NCBI GenBank assembly: GCA_951406725.2 | Contig: OX597835.1 | Span: 20,646,001-20,710,000 of the forward strand | DNA: 64,000 bases | Reading direction: 5' to 3' | From: Octopus vulgaris | Lineage: Eukaryota | In this document: one piece after another, positions 11,226 through 25,518 of the stretch | Position numbering within the stretch: the first letter of the stretch is position 1 | Layout: each line of letters starts with the position of its first letter | Translations under genes and position numbers: made by a program | The notes under the pieces: generated by a model | Told to the model about the DNA's origin: nothing | Seen by the model: the letters and a program-made list of their open reading frames with translations, nothing else | Databases searched by the model: none

Positions 11226-11780
11226 CGCCCTGATGCAGTACCAGTCCGTGACTCTCATGGCTTTTCATCTTAACTGATTGGAAGTGTTATCATGTACATT
11301 GTTTTGTCTTGGTATAAAAGATGGGCTACAGGAAATATTCTGTTCAATACCACAGATTTGCTTGTCAGTTGTTTGACCGTAACAAGTTGGCTATGTCCCT
11401 TAGTGGCTGACAATATGTGCATCTCTGATCACGAGCAGAAGTAGTGGGGGAGCATCATAGCCGTCTGTTAAAAGAAATTCTTGGAGGCTTGGATAATTCA
11501 CCTTTGGAAACATGGGTGTTTCGTTCAACATCCTTAAACAACTCTTATTCAGGGACCTTTTGAGTGGGATGGTCTACTCGACCAGAAGAAAATTCTAACT
11601 GGGCCCCACCTGTAAGGTCATGCGCTGTTTATCTTGATATGAGATCACCATGTCGCGCACATATGGTTGTGATGCATGTGCCTGGTGTGCCCTTATCAGT
11701 CGGGTAGTCATGATGGGTATATTGGGCTTCGTATATTTTACCCCAGTTTCACTTTGATGGCATGCACTGCTCTCTCACTC
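11226..11780 (+). mobile_element. Non-coding element between (AAT)n tracts (probable 3' UTR of a TAA-targeting retroelement), copy 1
   Basis: Collinear with 11941-12415; both end CACTC followed by (AAT)n-like sequence and differ in 5' truncation. Confidence 0.65.
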
Positions 11781-11854
<74 letters not shown>

Positions 11855-11885
11855 TAATATTAATAATAATAATAATAATGATAAT

Positions 11886-11940
<55 letters not shown>

Positions 11941-12415
11941 GTCTTGGTATAAAAGATGGGCTACAGCAAATATTCTGCTCAATACCACAGATTTGCTTGT
12001 CAGTTGTTTGACCTTAACCAGTTGAGCATGTCCCTTAGTGGCTGACGATATGTGCATCTCTGATCACGAGCAGAAGTTGTGGGGGAGCATCATAGCCATG
12101 TGTTGAGAGGGATTCTTTGGGGTTTGAATAGTTCACCTCTGGAAACATGGGTGGTTCTTTCAACATCCTTAAACAACCCTTATTCAGGGACCGTTTGAGC
12201 AGAATGGGCTACTCAACCTGAAGAAAATTCTAACTGGGCCCCACCTGCAAGGTCATGTGCTGTTTATCTTGATATGAGATCACCATGTCGCGCACATATG
12301 GTTGTGATGCATGTGCCTGGTGTACCTTTATCAGACGGGTAGTCATGATGGGTATATTGGGCTTCGTATATTTTACCCCAGTGTCACTTTGATGGCATGA
12401 ACTGCTCTCTCACTC
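11941..12415 (+). mobile_element. Same (AAT)n-flanked element, copy 2
   Basis: Diverged copy of ~11307-11780. Confidence 0.65.
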
Positions 12416-12436
12416 AGTAATAATAATAATAATAAT

Positions 12437-12650
12437 AGTTTCAAATTTTGCCACAAGGGCAGCAATTTTGGGGGAGGGATGAGTTGATTGCATCGATCCC
12501 AGAGTTCAACTGGTACTTATTTTATCGACTCCGAGAGGATGAAAGGCAAAGTCGAGCTCGGTGGAAGTTAAACTCAGAAAAGTAAAGACGGGCGAAATAC
12601 TGTTAAGCATTTTACCCAGCGTACTAAAGATTGTGTCAGAACGCCTCTTT
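12437..12650 (-). mobile_element. Diverged SINE family C-related copy
   Basis: GGTACTTATTTTATCGAC..GAGAGGATGAAAGGCAAAGTCGA motif. Confidence 0.6.
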
Positions 12651-15600
12651 AGTAAGAATAATAAGGATTTCACATTTTGGTATTAGGCCAGCCGTTCTGC
12701 GGGAAGGACGAAGCCGATTAAATCGACACCAGTATTCAAAAGGTACTTATGTTATACACCCCGAAGGTGCGAAAGGTGCATGAATATAGGGGTGATTGCT
12801 ACACGTATATTTCGGCGGTCAGAAACATATGCCCTTCAGTATTTGACAGAACCGATCTGCTCTAGACATTGGTTGTTAAAATCCCACAGGTTTGCTAGAC
12901 TGTCACTCATACACACGTATTCAAATGTGTGTTACTAATATCGAAAAGTGTCGTAAGTCCAAAACGTAGCTTTTCCAGAAAATGAAAAAATAGTGTCACC
13001 GTTCCATTTCTTTTTACATTAGCAACCGTTTCAGTTTAACAATAATACTTCGTTGGGTGCTAAAATCGTAACTCCATGCAAGTATGCTATTTTCAGTTAG
13101 ACAGATTTTTACAAAACTGCCTTATGTGGGACTTATTACACTTTTGAAAAATGCTAAACCGTTGTACTTGACTTTCATATCTTGCCATCTGAAGCAGCTG
13201 GAGATACGAAAATTTGATCAAAAGCAAGGAAAATTGAATTTTGAAAAAAAGAAAAAAATTGCATTTGGCCCAATTTGGACATACGGCAGTCTAACATAAT
13301 AACAACGATACATAGGATTATAGCTGCTAGTTGTAAATTGTCAAGTGCAAACTGCATAGCTCCCTGGTGCATGAAACAGAGAATAGAGAGATGGGGTTTG
13401 ACAATGCCCACCGTTCCGCAGTTTTATCTTTTCTTTCACTTCTATTCCTGTAGAAGCCCCCATACGTAACGAGGCACACATATGTTTGTGTGTTTCAAGC
13501 TGATGTTGATGTACTGAATGATGTATGCAATGTTTTGCAAACTAATTTACATTTTTTGTTGGAGAAAGCTAAGTAAATTTGGGGGCAATCGTAAGAGACA
13601 AATATTCTTTTGAAATTCTCGAAATTATTTCACTGGAAATTTAATTTCTGTTCTTGATGTAGAAAAATTGATTATATATAACAGAGAAATTTACAAATAT
13701 AGACATATTTCACTCTTATTAAAAAGCATAAACAGAATATGGTTTTCTCAAAGCAGGGTACATAAGCAATTGCAAGTAGTAAAGGATGGACAAAAAATTG
13801 TTTCAGAGAATTTTTGTAGAGAAGGAGTTAATGGAGAATAACTTATGTGGACCAATTTCATAAACTTTGAAAATTCATGTAGGGAGAAATATATTAAATG
13901 TTGTACGTAAGAAATACTCAATGATTTATATGGATGTGACATGAGATGTCGTTTTTATATGAAATATTAACGATTCATTTCCAAAAACAGCTGTGTGGTT
14001 GTCATTCTACAAGACAGTATTATTTTGAATTAGGATTCATTTTTTATTCATATTTTAGATTTGTTTTCTTGTCATTTATTTCATCTGTGAAAAAGTAACA
14101 ATCACTTTAAGAGAATTTGTTCAGCGGTTTCTAATACTAGATGACGTACTATACTAACTTACTGTGTCATTTCATTTCGAATATCGAAATAAATTTCTCT
14201 ATCAATCTATTACTTATATTCCACTTGTTGTTCTTATGTGACATCAGCCAAAATCAAACTGTTTTAGGATCAGTTGTTCCTCATACCAACCATTAGCTTT
14301 CTCTTTTTTTATAAACATTTTTCTTCAGGTTACACTACATAATTTCTCCTATATTTCAGGGCCTTATTTACAGCTTCGTTGTTCTTCCTCGAAAGCCAAG
14401 CTAAAATCTAGGGGGCTCGCAATACTGATACGAAGTTAGTTATATTTCTGAACAATACCAGCTAAAGTTTGTCATTTCTGCTTTAAACGTTGAGCGAGTA
14501 CTTCTCAACAAATTATGCTTTTTATATACTCTGAACCCGTTTATCACCGCTTGAATTCGTATAGCAAACTTAGAATTCAATTAGTCCTACATTGGCTCGG
14601 CCTTCCTCAGAAGCCAAAATAAATTTTCTACAGGAGCCATCCACATAAAATACTGTTGAATCAGGGCTAACATATTTAATATAGTGTGGGAAATTATTTC
14701 AGTTGATTTAAGTTAATTTGCCGTTGGGATGTACTAGTAAACTAGAGAACAAACGTTAATATAAACTGCTCAATAACAATGTAAAACTGGAACACACTGA
14801 AATAGTTTCTCTCGTGTAGAAAACACCTCTCACTCATGTGAATTTTTCAACCAAATATTGCTTATGTATTTATATACTGATTCTATTATTACATCTCACA
14901 AAAATTGAGAAAAGCTTTATTTTAGTATTTTAGTAAAGAAAACTTATAATACCGAACCAAACCTATTGTTCTCTCTCTGCCTGACTAATATCAAATTATT
15001 AGTTACCAACTTCTTGTTTCTATCTTCTCACCGTATGATTAAATTAAAATTAATTTAATTAATAAAACATTGGAGTGATCATTTATTTGCCTTGACCAAT
15101 TTTCCTTCGCATAAATTAATGTGAATATGAAGATCTTGATTATAATGGAAATTTTAATTAATTGAAAAGTTTTCTCTAAATATCATCAATAAGCTAATAC
15201 ACACCTAACGTCTAAAATTAAGTACCCAGTTTATAGAAACTAATCAGTGCCTCTTAGAGGTATATGAGCTGCCGTCCCTGAACTTAGTTACGCATTTAGA
15301 CAGTAAGAGGGACCTCTTGGCGGTCGCAAACCTTGCAAGAAACTGTAGTGAATTGTCGCTCAACTCACAACTCACCCATTTAAACAACGAACGCCTCATT
15401 TGATAATACAACCCCAGTTACACTTCTCAGTTACCGGTGGTACACTTCTCATGATTTTTGGGGGATATAAAAACTACTGCCGAACATTGATACCTAAAAA
15501 TATAACAGAATTGTAATGATTTGGTTACAGCCATTCCACATTAAAATCCAAGGGATTTGCTGAGGTCCACCTACAATCTGCTCGCAATAAGAGGCAAATT

Positions 15601-16173
15601 TTCCAAAAAGTACACAATACTTTGTTAAAAAATTGTTAAGATTATAATGAATAATATTATCCTAGAAAGTAATTAAGGAAGGGGTAGTCACAGTGGGAGT
15701 TTATTTAATCTCTGGTGCTTAATAGGGACCAACATAAAGAAAAGCGGCAACCACTCAACATTTAAGATCATATCTCTAAATTGAGCAAAATCCGACAACG
15801 GAAATGTACTCTCTATCATTAACATATGATGCTATAAAGTGAGTGCACATCCTACAAACTGAATTAAACACTTGATCAACGTTCTGTCTTCTACGATACG
15901 ACATGCATGCATCACGAAATGCTCAAAACTGCCTGTCACAGTATGATTACCAGTCTTAGGTTCCCCAACTGATTTTCAGGGTAAACATCAGCCACATCAA
16001 ATCCATATCAGAGAACATGCAGTGTCCTGAATACACTCGTACTTACATCCAGAAAGTAAGAGCGGCCTATATTCATTCAGATAGTCAACATCTAATGACC
16101 TCTAAGCTTCTCCAACAATAAGAAACCAATAAGTAACTAAAACCACTTCAAACAAATTTGCCATGAGAGAGAG

Positions 16174-16212
<39 letters not shown>

Positions 16213-16262
16213 TACCTGAGGCTCCAAATATTTCTATATTTATTTTGTGTACCATATTGCAA

Positions 16263-16643
16263 GTGGAGGCGCAATGGCCCAGTGGTTAGGGCAGCGGACT
16301 CGCGGTCGTAGGATCGCGGTTTCGATTCCCAGACCGGGCATTGTGATTGTTTATTGAGCGAAAACACCAAAAGCTTCGCAAGGCTCCTGCAGGGGGTGGT
16401 GGTGAACCCTGCTGTACTCTTTCGCCACAACTTTCTCTCACTCTTTCTTCCTGTTTCTGTTGTACCTGTATTTCAAAGGGCCGGCCTTGTCACTCTCTGT
16501 GTCACGCTGAATCTCCTCGAGAACTACGTTAAGGGTACACGTGTCTGTGGAATGCTCAGCCACTCACACGTTAATTCTACGAGCAAGCTGTTCCGTTGAT
16601 CGTATCAGCTGGGACCCTCATCGTCGTAACCGACGGAGTGCTC
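16263..16643 (+). mobile_element. SINE family B, tail type 1
   Basis: Full tRNA-like head through to CGTAACCGACGGAGTGCT. Confidence 0.85.
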
Positions 16644-16960
16644 CTATATATACCATATTGCAAATAACGTATATATACATATTTTATATATACATATTTA
16701 TAACAGACAATAGACTGATTTAATGCATTTCTGTTCGCAGGTAGAAGGATTTTTAAATATGTGTATATATGTGCGTGCGTGCGTGTGTGTGTTTATCTTT
16801 GTGCATATATAAGTTAAGCCATGAATATAACAAGGGAAAGCGACATTTTGAAGTCATTGACAAATCTTAGTTTTAAGAGCTTCATGAAGAAGCATGGATA
16901 TAAATGCATTAAGTAATTCTTCAGTTTAATGTCAACTTATTCTCATTTATACCCTGACAT

Positions 16961-17022
<62 letters not shown>

Positions 17023-17065
17023 CATTAGAATGAACATGCGTGCATGTGTATATATACATATTTAT

Positions 17066-17352
<287 letters not shown>

Positions 17353-18679
17353 AGGGATCCGTTAAGGATCATGATATACAAAAGTGAGGCACGATACAAA
17401 TTGTCTTGATGGAATGACTCAAAATATTTTATTAATCCATTATCATAGACGACAATACATCGATAAAGGGAAGTTGACTATAGTTAGATAATCCACAATC
17501 CTAAAAGAATTCCGTGACGAATGGATTGCCAAGCGTGGTATAAAAATATAATAAAAACAGAAGAATGATAATATCGGATTGCTACAATTGTATCGTTAGG
17601 CTACTTTAATGTCAGGTAAGCATATTATAGTCAGTATGCAGTACGCACAGTAGTTGCGGGATTACGTAACATTTTACGCAGCTCCCATTCATCAGGTTAC
17701 CATAACCAACAGGCGAGCTGTAAAGTGAAATTTCCAAATCACAATTACCAGCATCTGAGAAACTTAAAAGGGTTAGAACTACAGCCTGTCAACTAGCGAA
17801 GGTGGATAGCAGAGTAATATAGTAAATTTAAAAAAAAAAAACATTTAAAGACATTACTTATCATTAATCATGGCAACCTCCTTCATCAAATCTGGTAGAA
17901 GCAGAACATGCATATACGCCGGTATATATATATAGCAATTACAAACAATTAAAAACAGAGTTGTTTCCCAGAATAATTTCCTTGACATATTAAGGTAATT
18001 GAAGGAACACGTTACAGACTTCATCATTTATTCATGATCTATCATTGATTTTTAGCCCCAGGCTAACCTGATCAATCGTAGCAGCCAGCAGCCATTAAAT
18101 GCTGAGTTCTCGTCTACTTTAAATTCTAATACCACATTATTCAAGATGTCATTTTCTTACTCGTTAAGCCGTTGTTTAAGATGTAACGTGCTAGGAGTTG
18201 TCATTTCTAGGTAGTTAATCGTCCACTTTGATGTTTCATCATTGGGCCATGATAGTTGTTGTGGTGGTGATGTTTATATTATGTAATAACAGACAACATA
18301 TTATTTTCTACATTGTTTCGATGGGAAGTGTAATATTTTTTTTCTCTGGATTTTAGTCAGAAAAATTATGGGTTGCCTATTGAAAAATAAATGAAAAACG
18401 TATAGTAATAAAAGAACAAAAACATACAAAAATATCATTAATGCATCACAGAATATTATAGAAAAAAAACACCGAGCATATTTAAGAGAAAACAAAGAAA
18501 GAGCGGAACATAAAACAAACGACAAACGGGGAGAGACGAAGAGAAATGGAAAATTGGATGAATATAATGGAAGACCAAAACAATGGAGGTTATTTTCTTC
18601 ACAATAGCGAGATATGCTGAGAATCAGACAAATTAAGAAACATAGCCTGTCTCTACATCACATACTGACTCAACAAGCA

Positions 18680-18810
18680 TATATATATACATATATATAT
18701 ATATATGTGTGTGTGTTTGTGTGTGTGTGTGTATGTATATATGTATATATATATGTATGTATGTATATATATATATATATATATATATGTTTGTATATAT
18801 ATATATATAG

Positions 18811-18842
<32 letters not shown>

Positions 18843-18847
18843 GTGTG

Positions 18848-18892
<45 letters not shown>

Positions 18893-19070
18893 TTTATATA
18901 TATATATATGTGTGTGTATATGTATATATATATGTATATGTATATACACATATATAAATATACATATATTATGTGTATATACATCACTATACATATACGT
19001 TTATATACAACATATGCATATGGGTGTATATATGTATATGCATATGTATATCCATATATATGCACACATG

Positions 19071-19115
<45 letters not shown>

Positions 19116-19129
19116 GTCCATGCCTAAAC

Positions 19130-19221
<92 letters not shown>

Positions 19222-19231
19222 GTATATATAT
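18680..19231. repeat. Degenerate (TA)n/(TG)n field
   Basis: Directly visible. Confidence 0.9.
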
Positions 19232-19837
19232 CGTATTTTAAAAAATAATATACCAGACGATAAAAATAATGTATATGCACAAAAAATGTTTCAGTTTTCA
19301 ATTACGATAATTATGATGTACCATAGACAAGGTTAAGAATCAAACATCATTTGATAGTTTATATAAAATATTATACAGAGAACAGCAGACATACGAGGAA
19401 GGTAGAGGTGCAGATAATATGTATGGAAGGACTGAAGGAAATGACTGCAAGGTAGAAGTGAATAGAAAAGTGAAGTAGGTTAGAAAAGATTGGGTAACAA
19501 AAACAGTTTGTTTTGTTTTATATTTATTTAAAGATTATTTAATAAAAAACAAGCCAGATCGTCATCGATAAATTGTCTAGCCACAGTTATGTATTAAATC
19601 TGTGACAAAAGACAGAAACAAGGAGGGGGGGGAATAAAAAGATATCGAAACTGAACTGTGAAACATACTGAGAGACAGTAATAGTGATAGAGACGGATAG
19701 TGTGTGATTGAGGGAGTGTCTGTAAGCAACATATTTTCTGTAATAATCGGAAATTTGGAAGTGTTGGTGTAATCATTGCTGCAAGAATGTATGTATGTAT
19801 GAATATATGCATGTAATGTGTATGTATGTATTTGCAT

Positions 19838-19868
<31 letters not shown>

Positions 19869-19869
<1 letters not shown>

Positions 19870-20248
19870 GCTTGCTAACCAACCACATGGTTCCGGGTTC
19901 AGTCCCACTGCGTGGCACTTTCGGCGTGTGTCTTCTACTATAGCCTCGGGCCGACCAATGTCTTGTGAGTGGATTTGGTAGATGGAAACTGAAAGAAGCC
20001 CGTCGTATATATGTATATATATATATGTGTATGCGTGTGTGTGTTTGTGAGTCTGTGTTTGTCCTCCTAGCATTGCTTGACAACCGATGCTGGTGTGTTT
20101 ATGTCTCCGTTACTTCGGCAAAAGAGACCGATAGAATAAGTACTGGGCTTACAAAAGAATAAGTCCCGGGGACGAGTTGCTCGATTAAAGGCGGTGCTCC
20201 AGCATGGCCGCAGTTAAAATACTGAAACAAGTAAAAGAATAAAAGAAT
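19869..20248 (+). mobile_element. SINE family A, 5'-truncated
   Basis: Collinear with 139-545 from AGCTTGCTAACC. Confidence 0.8.
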
Positions 20249-20251
20249 ATA

Positions 20252-20507
20252 TGAAGCGCAATGGCCCAGTGGTTAGGGTAGTGGACTCATGCTTGTAGCA
20301 TGGCGGTTTCGATTCCCAGACCGGCCATTGAGTGTTTATTGAGTGAAAACATCCGAAGCCCCACGACGCCACAACTTTCTCTCGCTTCTTCCTGTTGGCC
20401 TGCTCGCTTAGCCACTGGGGTGGCGTCATTTAAAGATTAAAACAATGCGAAGCACATTATGACCAGCGATGTGTAGCAACATCTGATAGCCTGGTCGATC
20501 ACGGTGA
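20252..20507 (+). mobile_element. SINE family B, tail type 2 (diverged)
   Basis: GCGCAATGGCCCAGTGGTTAGGG head; tail CTGTTGGCCTGCTCGCTTAGCC...GATCACGGTG. Confidence 0.75.
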
Positions 20508-20520
20508 TATATATATATAT

Positions 20521-20935
20521 ACTCTTTTACCCTTTACTCTTTTACTTGTTTCAGTCATTTGACTGCGGCCATGCTGGAGCACCGCCTTTAATCGCAAATC
20601 GACCCCGGGACTTATTCTTTGTAAGCCCAGTACTTATTCTATCGGTCTCTTTTGCCGAACCGCTAAGTGACAGGGACGTAAACACACCAGCATCTGTTGT
20701 CAAGCAATGCTAGGGGGACAAACACAGACACACAAACATATGCACACACACTTATATATATATATACATATATACGACAGGCTTCTTTCAGTTTCCGTCT
20801 ACCAAATCCACTCACAAGGCATTGGTCAGCCCGGGGCTATAGCAGAAGACACTTGCCCAAGATGCCACGCAGTGGGACTGAACCCGGAACCATGTGGTTG
20901 GTTAGCAAGCTACTTACCAAACAGCCACTCCTGCG

Positions 20936-20938
<3 letters not shown>
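20521..20938 (-). mobile_element. SINE family A
   Basis: Full-length reverse-complement copy. Confidence 0.85.
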
Positions 20939-20994
<56 letters not shown>

Positions 20995-21179
20995 CGAGGG
21001 AGAGTGTGAATGTGAGATATAGCAATATTACAAATAGATAAAGAGGCAGATAGATACTTTGATAGATATATTTTAAAAATATATATATATAATATATACA
21101 CACATATACACATGTGTATATATAGATATTTACATATATGCATATATATATATATATATGTTAGCTGCTTCAAGAGGGT

Positions 21180-22150
21180 GTCCGAAGCAATGACCTGCCC
21201 GCATAAGACGATCTTTATTAATTTTGGACATAGTGTTGGGTATGGCGGTCTCGTTCAGTTGTATGGTGTTATGAGGATATTTATTGACTTGTCTTTCAAA
21301 TACAACCCAATTCTAATAGTCCAATGGTTTGAGGATTGATAAGCTAGGCGACAATATGTTTGGGAGGACAGGATCATGGTAATTGGCACCCATCGACACT
21401 TGGGCTGTCCTAACTTTATGGCACGGTGCGTAGTCTTGTTGACAGAGGTAGGATCTTCCTTTGCGTACGAAGATGATCTTTCCTCTTTCTATCCAGAACA
21501 TCACGGCTTTTAGCAGTACATGTGCACTTTTCATTCATTCTCAAGTACATGTATACTTTTCATTCATTCTCAATTCCTTTGAAAAAAGTGAGGAGACACG
21601 ACATCTTCCTGCTTCGTAGTTGACTTGTCTCAGAACCATCACATTTGCTAGAAACTTAATATGCGTGTCAGTTGGAAATTCATTCAGCTCTCTGCATAAC
21701 ATCAGCCGTTCATTCGGTTTACCTTTATGTCCTTATCGATGATTTTCTCATCGGCAGAAACGAAAGCATCCCAGTTTCTTGTCATTTTGTTTTGTCTATC
21801 AAGCGCTCGGCACGGATTTTCACGATTCTTTCCGATCACATCCGATATAAAATGACCCTTCCGCATCACATACGACTTATAGCGGATATTCCACATGCAA
21901 AACACTTCCGATGCTGTATTCTGAAACTTTGAGGTCTTCGTTATTTCTTTGAAACTTTGAGTTCTTCGTTATTTCGTGCACGTTTTGCACAACGTTATGC
22001 GTTCTGATGGTGTTCGGGTCCCAGTGGATTCATTTTGCATTTAGCTGTGGCTGTTGGATCTCGTCAATAGCTTCCAACACATTGTGAACTTTCATAACGA
22101 AGGATCGAGGAACTTACAGGAAGCAAGTTATCTTACTATCACTATGCTAC
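21180..22150 (-). pseudogene. Decayed DD37D (maT-like) Tc1/mariner transposase
   Basis: ORF pieces IRYKSYVMRKGHF..., SADEKIIDKDIKVNR and GRSYLCQQDYAPCHK...LKPLDY match DDD catalytic motifs. Confidence 0.75.
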
Positions 22151-22185
22151 GCTGGACTGATGGACACACAGACAGACAGAGATAA

Positions 22186-22310
22186 GTTTCTTTATTGGCC
22201 ACACAGGGCTGCACACAGATGGGACAAGTTACAAGGTAGAGCTTTGCTTTTGGGGGATGAAAGAAAAAAAAAAGTACATAGGTTTTCGATCAAAAGGGAT
22301 CGTAAAAGGG
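22186..22310 (-). mobile_element. Probable retroelement 3' end sharing its tail with SINE family C
   Basis: Minus strand ends CTTGTAACTTGTCCCATCTGTGTGCAGCCCTGTGTGGCCAATAAAGAAA. Confidence 0.45.
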
Positions 22311-22369
22311 AAAAAAAGGAAAAAGGAAAAGAAAAAAAGGGAAAAGGAACAAAAGAAAAGAAAAAATAC

Positions 22370-22371
22370 AG

Positions 22372-22447
<76 letters not shown>

Positions 22448-22477
22448 GGATAGATGGATGGCTGGATGGATATAGAA

Positions 22478-22507
<30 letters not shown>
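22370..22507. repeat. (GATA)n microsatellite
   Basis: Directly visible. Confidence 0.95.
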
Positions 22508-22508
<1 letters not shown>

Positions 22509-23014
22509 TTTGGCTATATGTCAGGAGATGACTACTAAGATTTACGAAAATATGCGAAATGAAACATGGCGGTAAATGGATTTAGAGACGAGCAAAGCAG
22601 AAAGATTGTATTGCAAGAGATAACATGGCATAACGGAAAATATACTTAGAGAAGATGAAATGGTAACAAAAATATATAGCAAGGACATGATGCAGTGGAT
22701 CAATTAAAGTGAAGCAATAGTGAAACATTTAGTTAGTCTGCATAGAATGAAGGGAATTCTAAAAGGAGGGTAAAGATGAAAATTGATTTGGATGAAGAGT
22801 AAGGAGAAACTGTAGAAGATGTTGGGGAGAGTATAGAAAGCGAAATTATGTGTAGAAATATATAAAAGAAGAGGGAAGACGATTAGATGAGCGAATGGAC
22901 AACTAGTATGGAAATATTGTAAGTAAGAAGCGAATGGAATTAAGTGATATGATATGGAGTGAGGCGAAGCAGAGAGGAAAAGGAGAGTGGAGAGTTGTAA
23001 TGCTTGAGTGTAAG

Positions 23015-23645
23015 CTGTGCGTGTAAATATGTGTGAGTGTGTGGTGTGCGTGTAGTGTGTGTGTGTGTGTGTGTGAATGTTAGCGTGTGGTGAGTATATG
23101 ATGTGTGTGGGTTGTGTGATGTGTGTGTATATGCGTGCGTATGTGAGTTTGTGGGTTCAGTGTGTGTGAATATGAGTATGTGATGTGTGGGGGTTGTGTG
23201 GTGTGTGTGTATGCGTGCGTGTGTGAGATTGTGGGTTCAGTGTGTGTGAATATGAGTATGTGATGTGTGTGGGTTGTGTGGTGTGTGTGTATGCGTGCGT
23301 GTGTGAGTCTGTGAATTGTGTGATGTGTCTGTGTATGCTTGTTTCCAGTGTGTGTGTGGAGTATGTATGTGTATGCTTGTGTGCAATGTGTGTGGTATGT
23401 GTGACTGTACGCTTGTGTGCAATGTGTGTGGTGCGTGTTTGTGTGTGAGGTGTCTGTGTGTATGCTTGTTTGCAATGCGTGTGTGTGCGCGTATGCTCGT
23501 GTGTAATGTGTGGTGTATGTGTGTCTGTATGCTTATATATAATCTATATGGTGTGTGTGTGTGTGTGTGATGTATGATGTGTGTGTATGCTTATGTGCAA
23601 TGTTTATGGTGTGTGCAATGTCTGTGGTGTGTGTGTGTGTGTGTT
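23015..23645. repeat. Degenerate (GT)-rich low-complexity array with ~78-bp sub-repeats
   Basis: TGTGGGTTCAGTGTGTGTGAATATGAGTATGTGATG at ~23150 and ~23230. Confidence 0.8.
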
Positions 23646-24074
23646 AGTATCAAAGTATGAAGACGTACAATAAGCTACGATATGTTTCGTTGTTCGAATC
23701 ACATGTAAATTAGAGGGTACGATGGGTTTGAAATATGTGGAATTATGTCGATGGCATTGCATGAGATCAGAGAATATATGTAAGAAATAATATGATGAAA
23801 TTATCAAACTCTCGAGCTATATGCAAGAAGGGAAACACACGGCAAGATTGGGGAACAGAGGGAGAAACGTGAAGGGAATTATCAAGATGGTATATCAAAC
23901 GTTGTGGAGCAACAGAGCTTGAGATAAATAAATGGAATGCATTCTTATGACGGTAATGGAATACAGTAAGAGGAAAATGAAATAGGTTTAGATCCAGAAG
24001 ACAATAATTATTAAACTGAAATAAACAAATATATTTGTTCTTCTCATATGTCGAATTATATATATACATCTATA

Positions 24075-24298
24075 TATTTCTTTACTACCCACAAGGGGCT
24101 AAACACAGAGGGGACAAATAAGGACAGACAAAGGGATTAAGTCGATTACATCGACCCCAGTGTTTAACTGGTACTTAATTTATCGACCCCGAAAGGATGA
24201 AAGGCAAAGTGGACCTCGGCGGAATTTGAACTCAGAACGTAACGGCAGACGAAATAACGCTAAGCATTTCGCCCAGCGTGCTAACGTTTCTGCCAGCT
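24075..24298 (-). mobile_element. SINE family C
   Basis: Reverse-complement copy of the 27831-28046 type. Confidence 0.8.
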
Positions 24299-24500
24299 CT
24301 ATATGTTTATATGTGCGGACTCGTGGTCGTAAGATCGCATTTGTGTGTGAGTCTGTATGTAAGTATTCACAAATGCCCACACACAAACACAAACGGAGAT
24401 TGCTAGATAGAGAGGCATACACGGATTACATATATAGACACAGAGAGAGAGAGACACACACATGTATATACATATGTGTGTGTGTATGTATGTATATATA

Positions 24501-24536
<36 letters not shown>

Positions 24537-24889
24537 CTCTTTTACTTATTTCAGACATTTGACCGCGGCCATACTAGGGCACCGCCTTTAGTCGAGCAAG
24601 TCGACCCCGGGACTTATTCTTTGTAAGCCCAGTACTTGTTCTATAGGTCTATTTTGCCGAACCGCTAGGTGACGGGGACGTAAACACACCAGCATCGGTT
24701 GTCAAGCAATGCTAGGGGGACAAACACAGACACACAAATACACACACGCATACAAATATATATATACATATATACGACAGGCTTCTTTCAGTTTCCATTT
24801 ACGAAATCCACTCACAAGGCATTGGTCGGCCTGGGGCTATAGCAGAAGACACCTGCCCAAGATGCCACGCTGTGGGACTGAACCCGGAA

Positions 24890-24892
<3 letters not shown>
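24537..24892 (-). mobile_element. SINE family A, head-truncated
   Basis: Collinear with 20521-20938. Confidence 0.8.
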
Positions 24893-24934
<42 letters not shown>

Positions 24935-25447
24935 AGTTGCTCCAGTAACATATTGTCATTGTATGAATATGAATGTGACTGTCTTCTTGTGTACATGTAT
25001 AGCATTGTATGCGTGTGTGTGTTTATTTAAGACACGTCTTAACCGCATATAAATATCACCTTCATGAAATGAATGCACCTGTCTTAATTTATTTTGTTTT
25101 TTTTTCTATTTAAACATATTCTCTAAGTTTTAACATGATTTAATAGTTTCATTTATTTTTTTAATTTTCATATAGTTTTAATAAATCCCACTCGTATCCT
25201 GTACCTTACACTCCGTTTCACGTGCAATATTGCCTGTGCAATATCGCTACACATACATATTGATACACATTTATATCTGTGTATATGTCTGTGTATGTGT
25301 TTCTGCATGTATATGTGTGTTTTTGTCTGGAAATAATCCGTACATTATATATTTCACAACGTTTATTCAAAGCTGAAGGGCAAAATAGCGTAAATCAAAC
25401 GACGATACTCCAGACGTACCAATAAATATTACATGCATGCATATACG

Positions 25448-25518
<71 letters not shown>

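Noticed and set aside
12900-16130. Long unique AT-rich stretch examined for exons or regulatory elements
   Set aside because: No supportable ORF, splice pattern or structure seen by eye.
16263-16340. tRNA-like sequence (GGCGCAATGGCCCAGTGGTTAGGGC...GGTTTCGATTCC)
   Set aside because: It is the head of a multi-copy SINE, continuing into a SINE body without a proper acceptor stem; not a tRNA gene.
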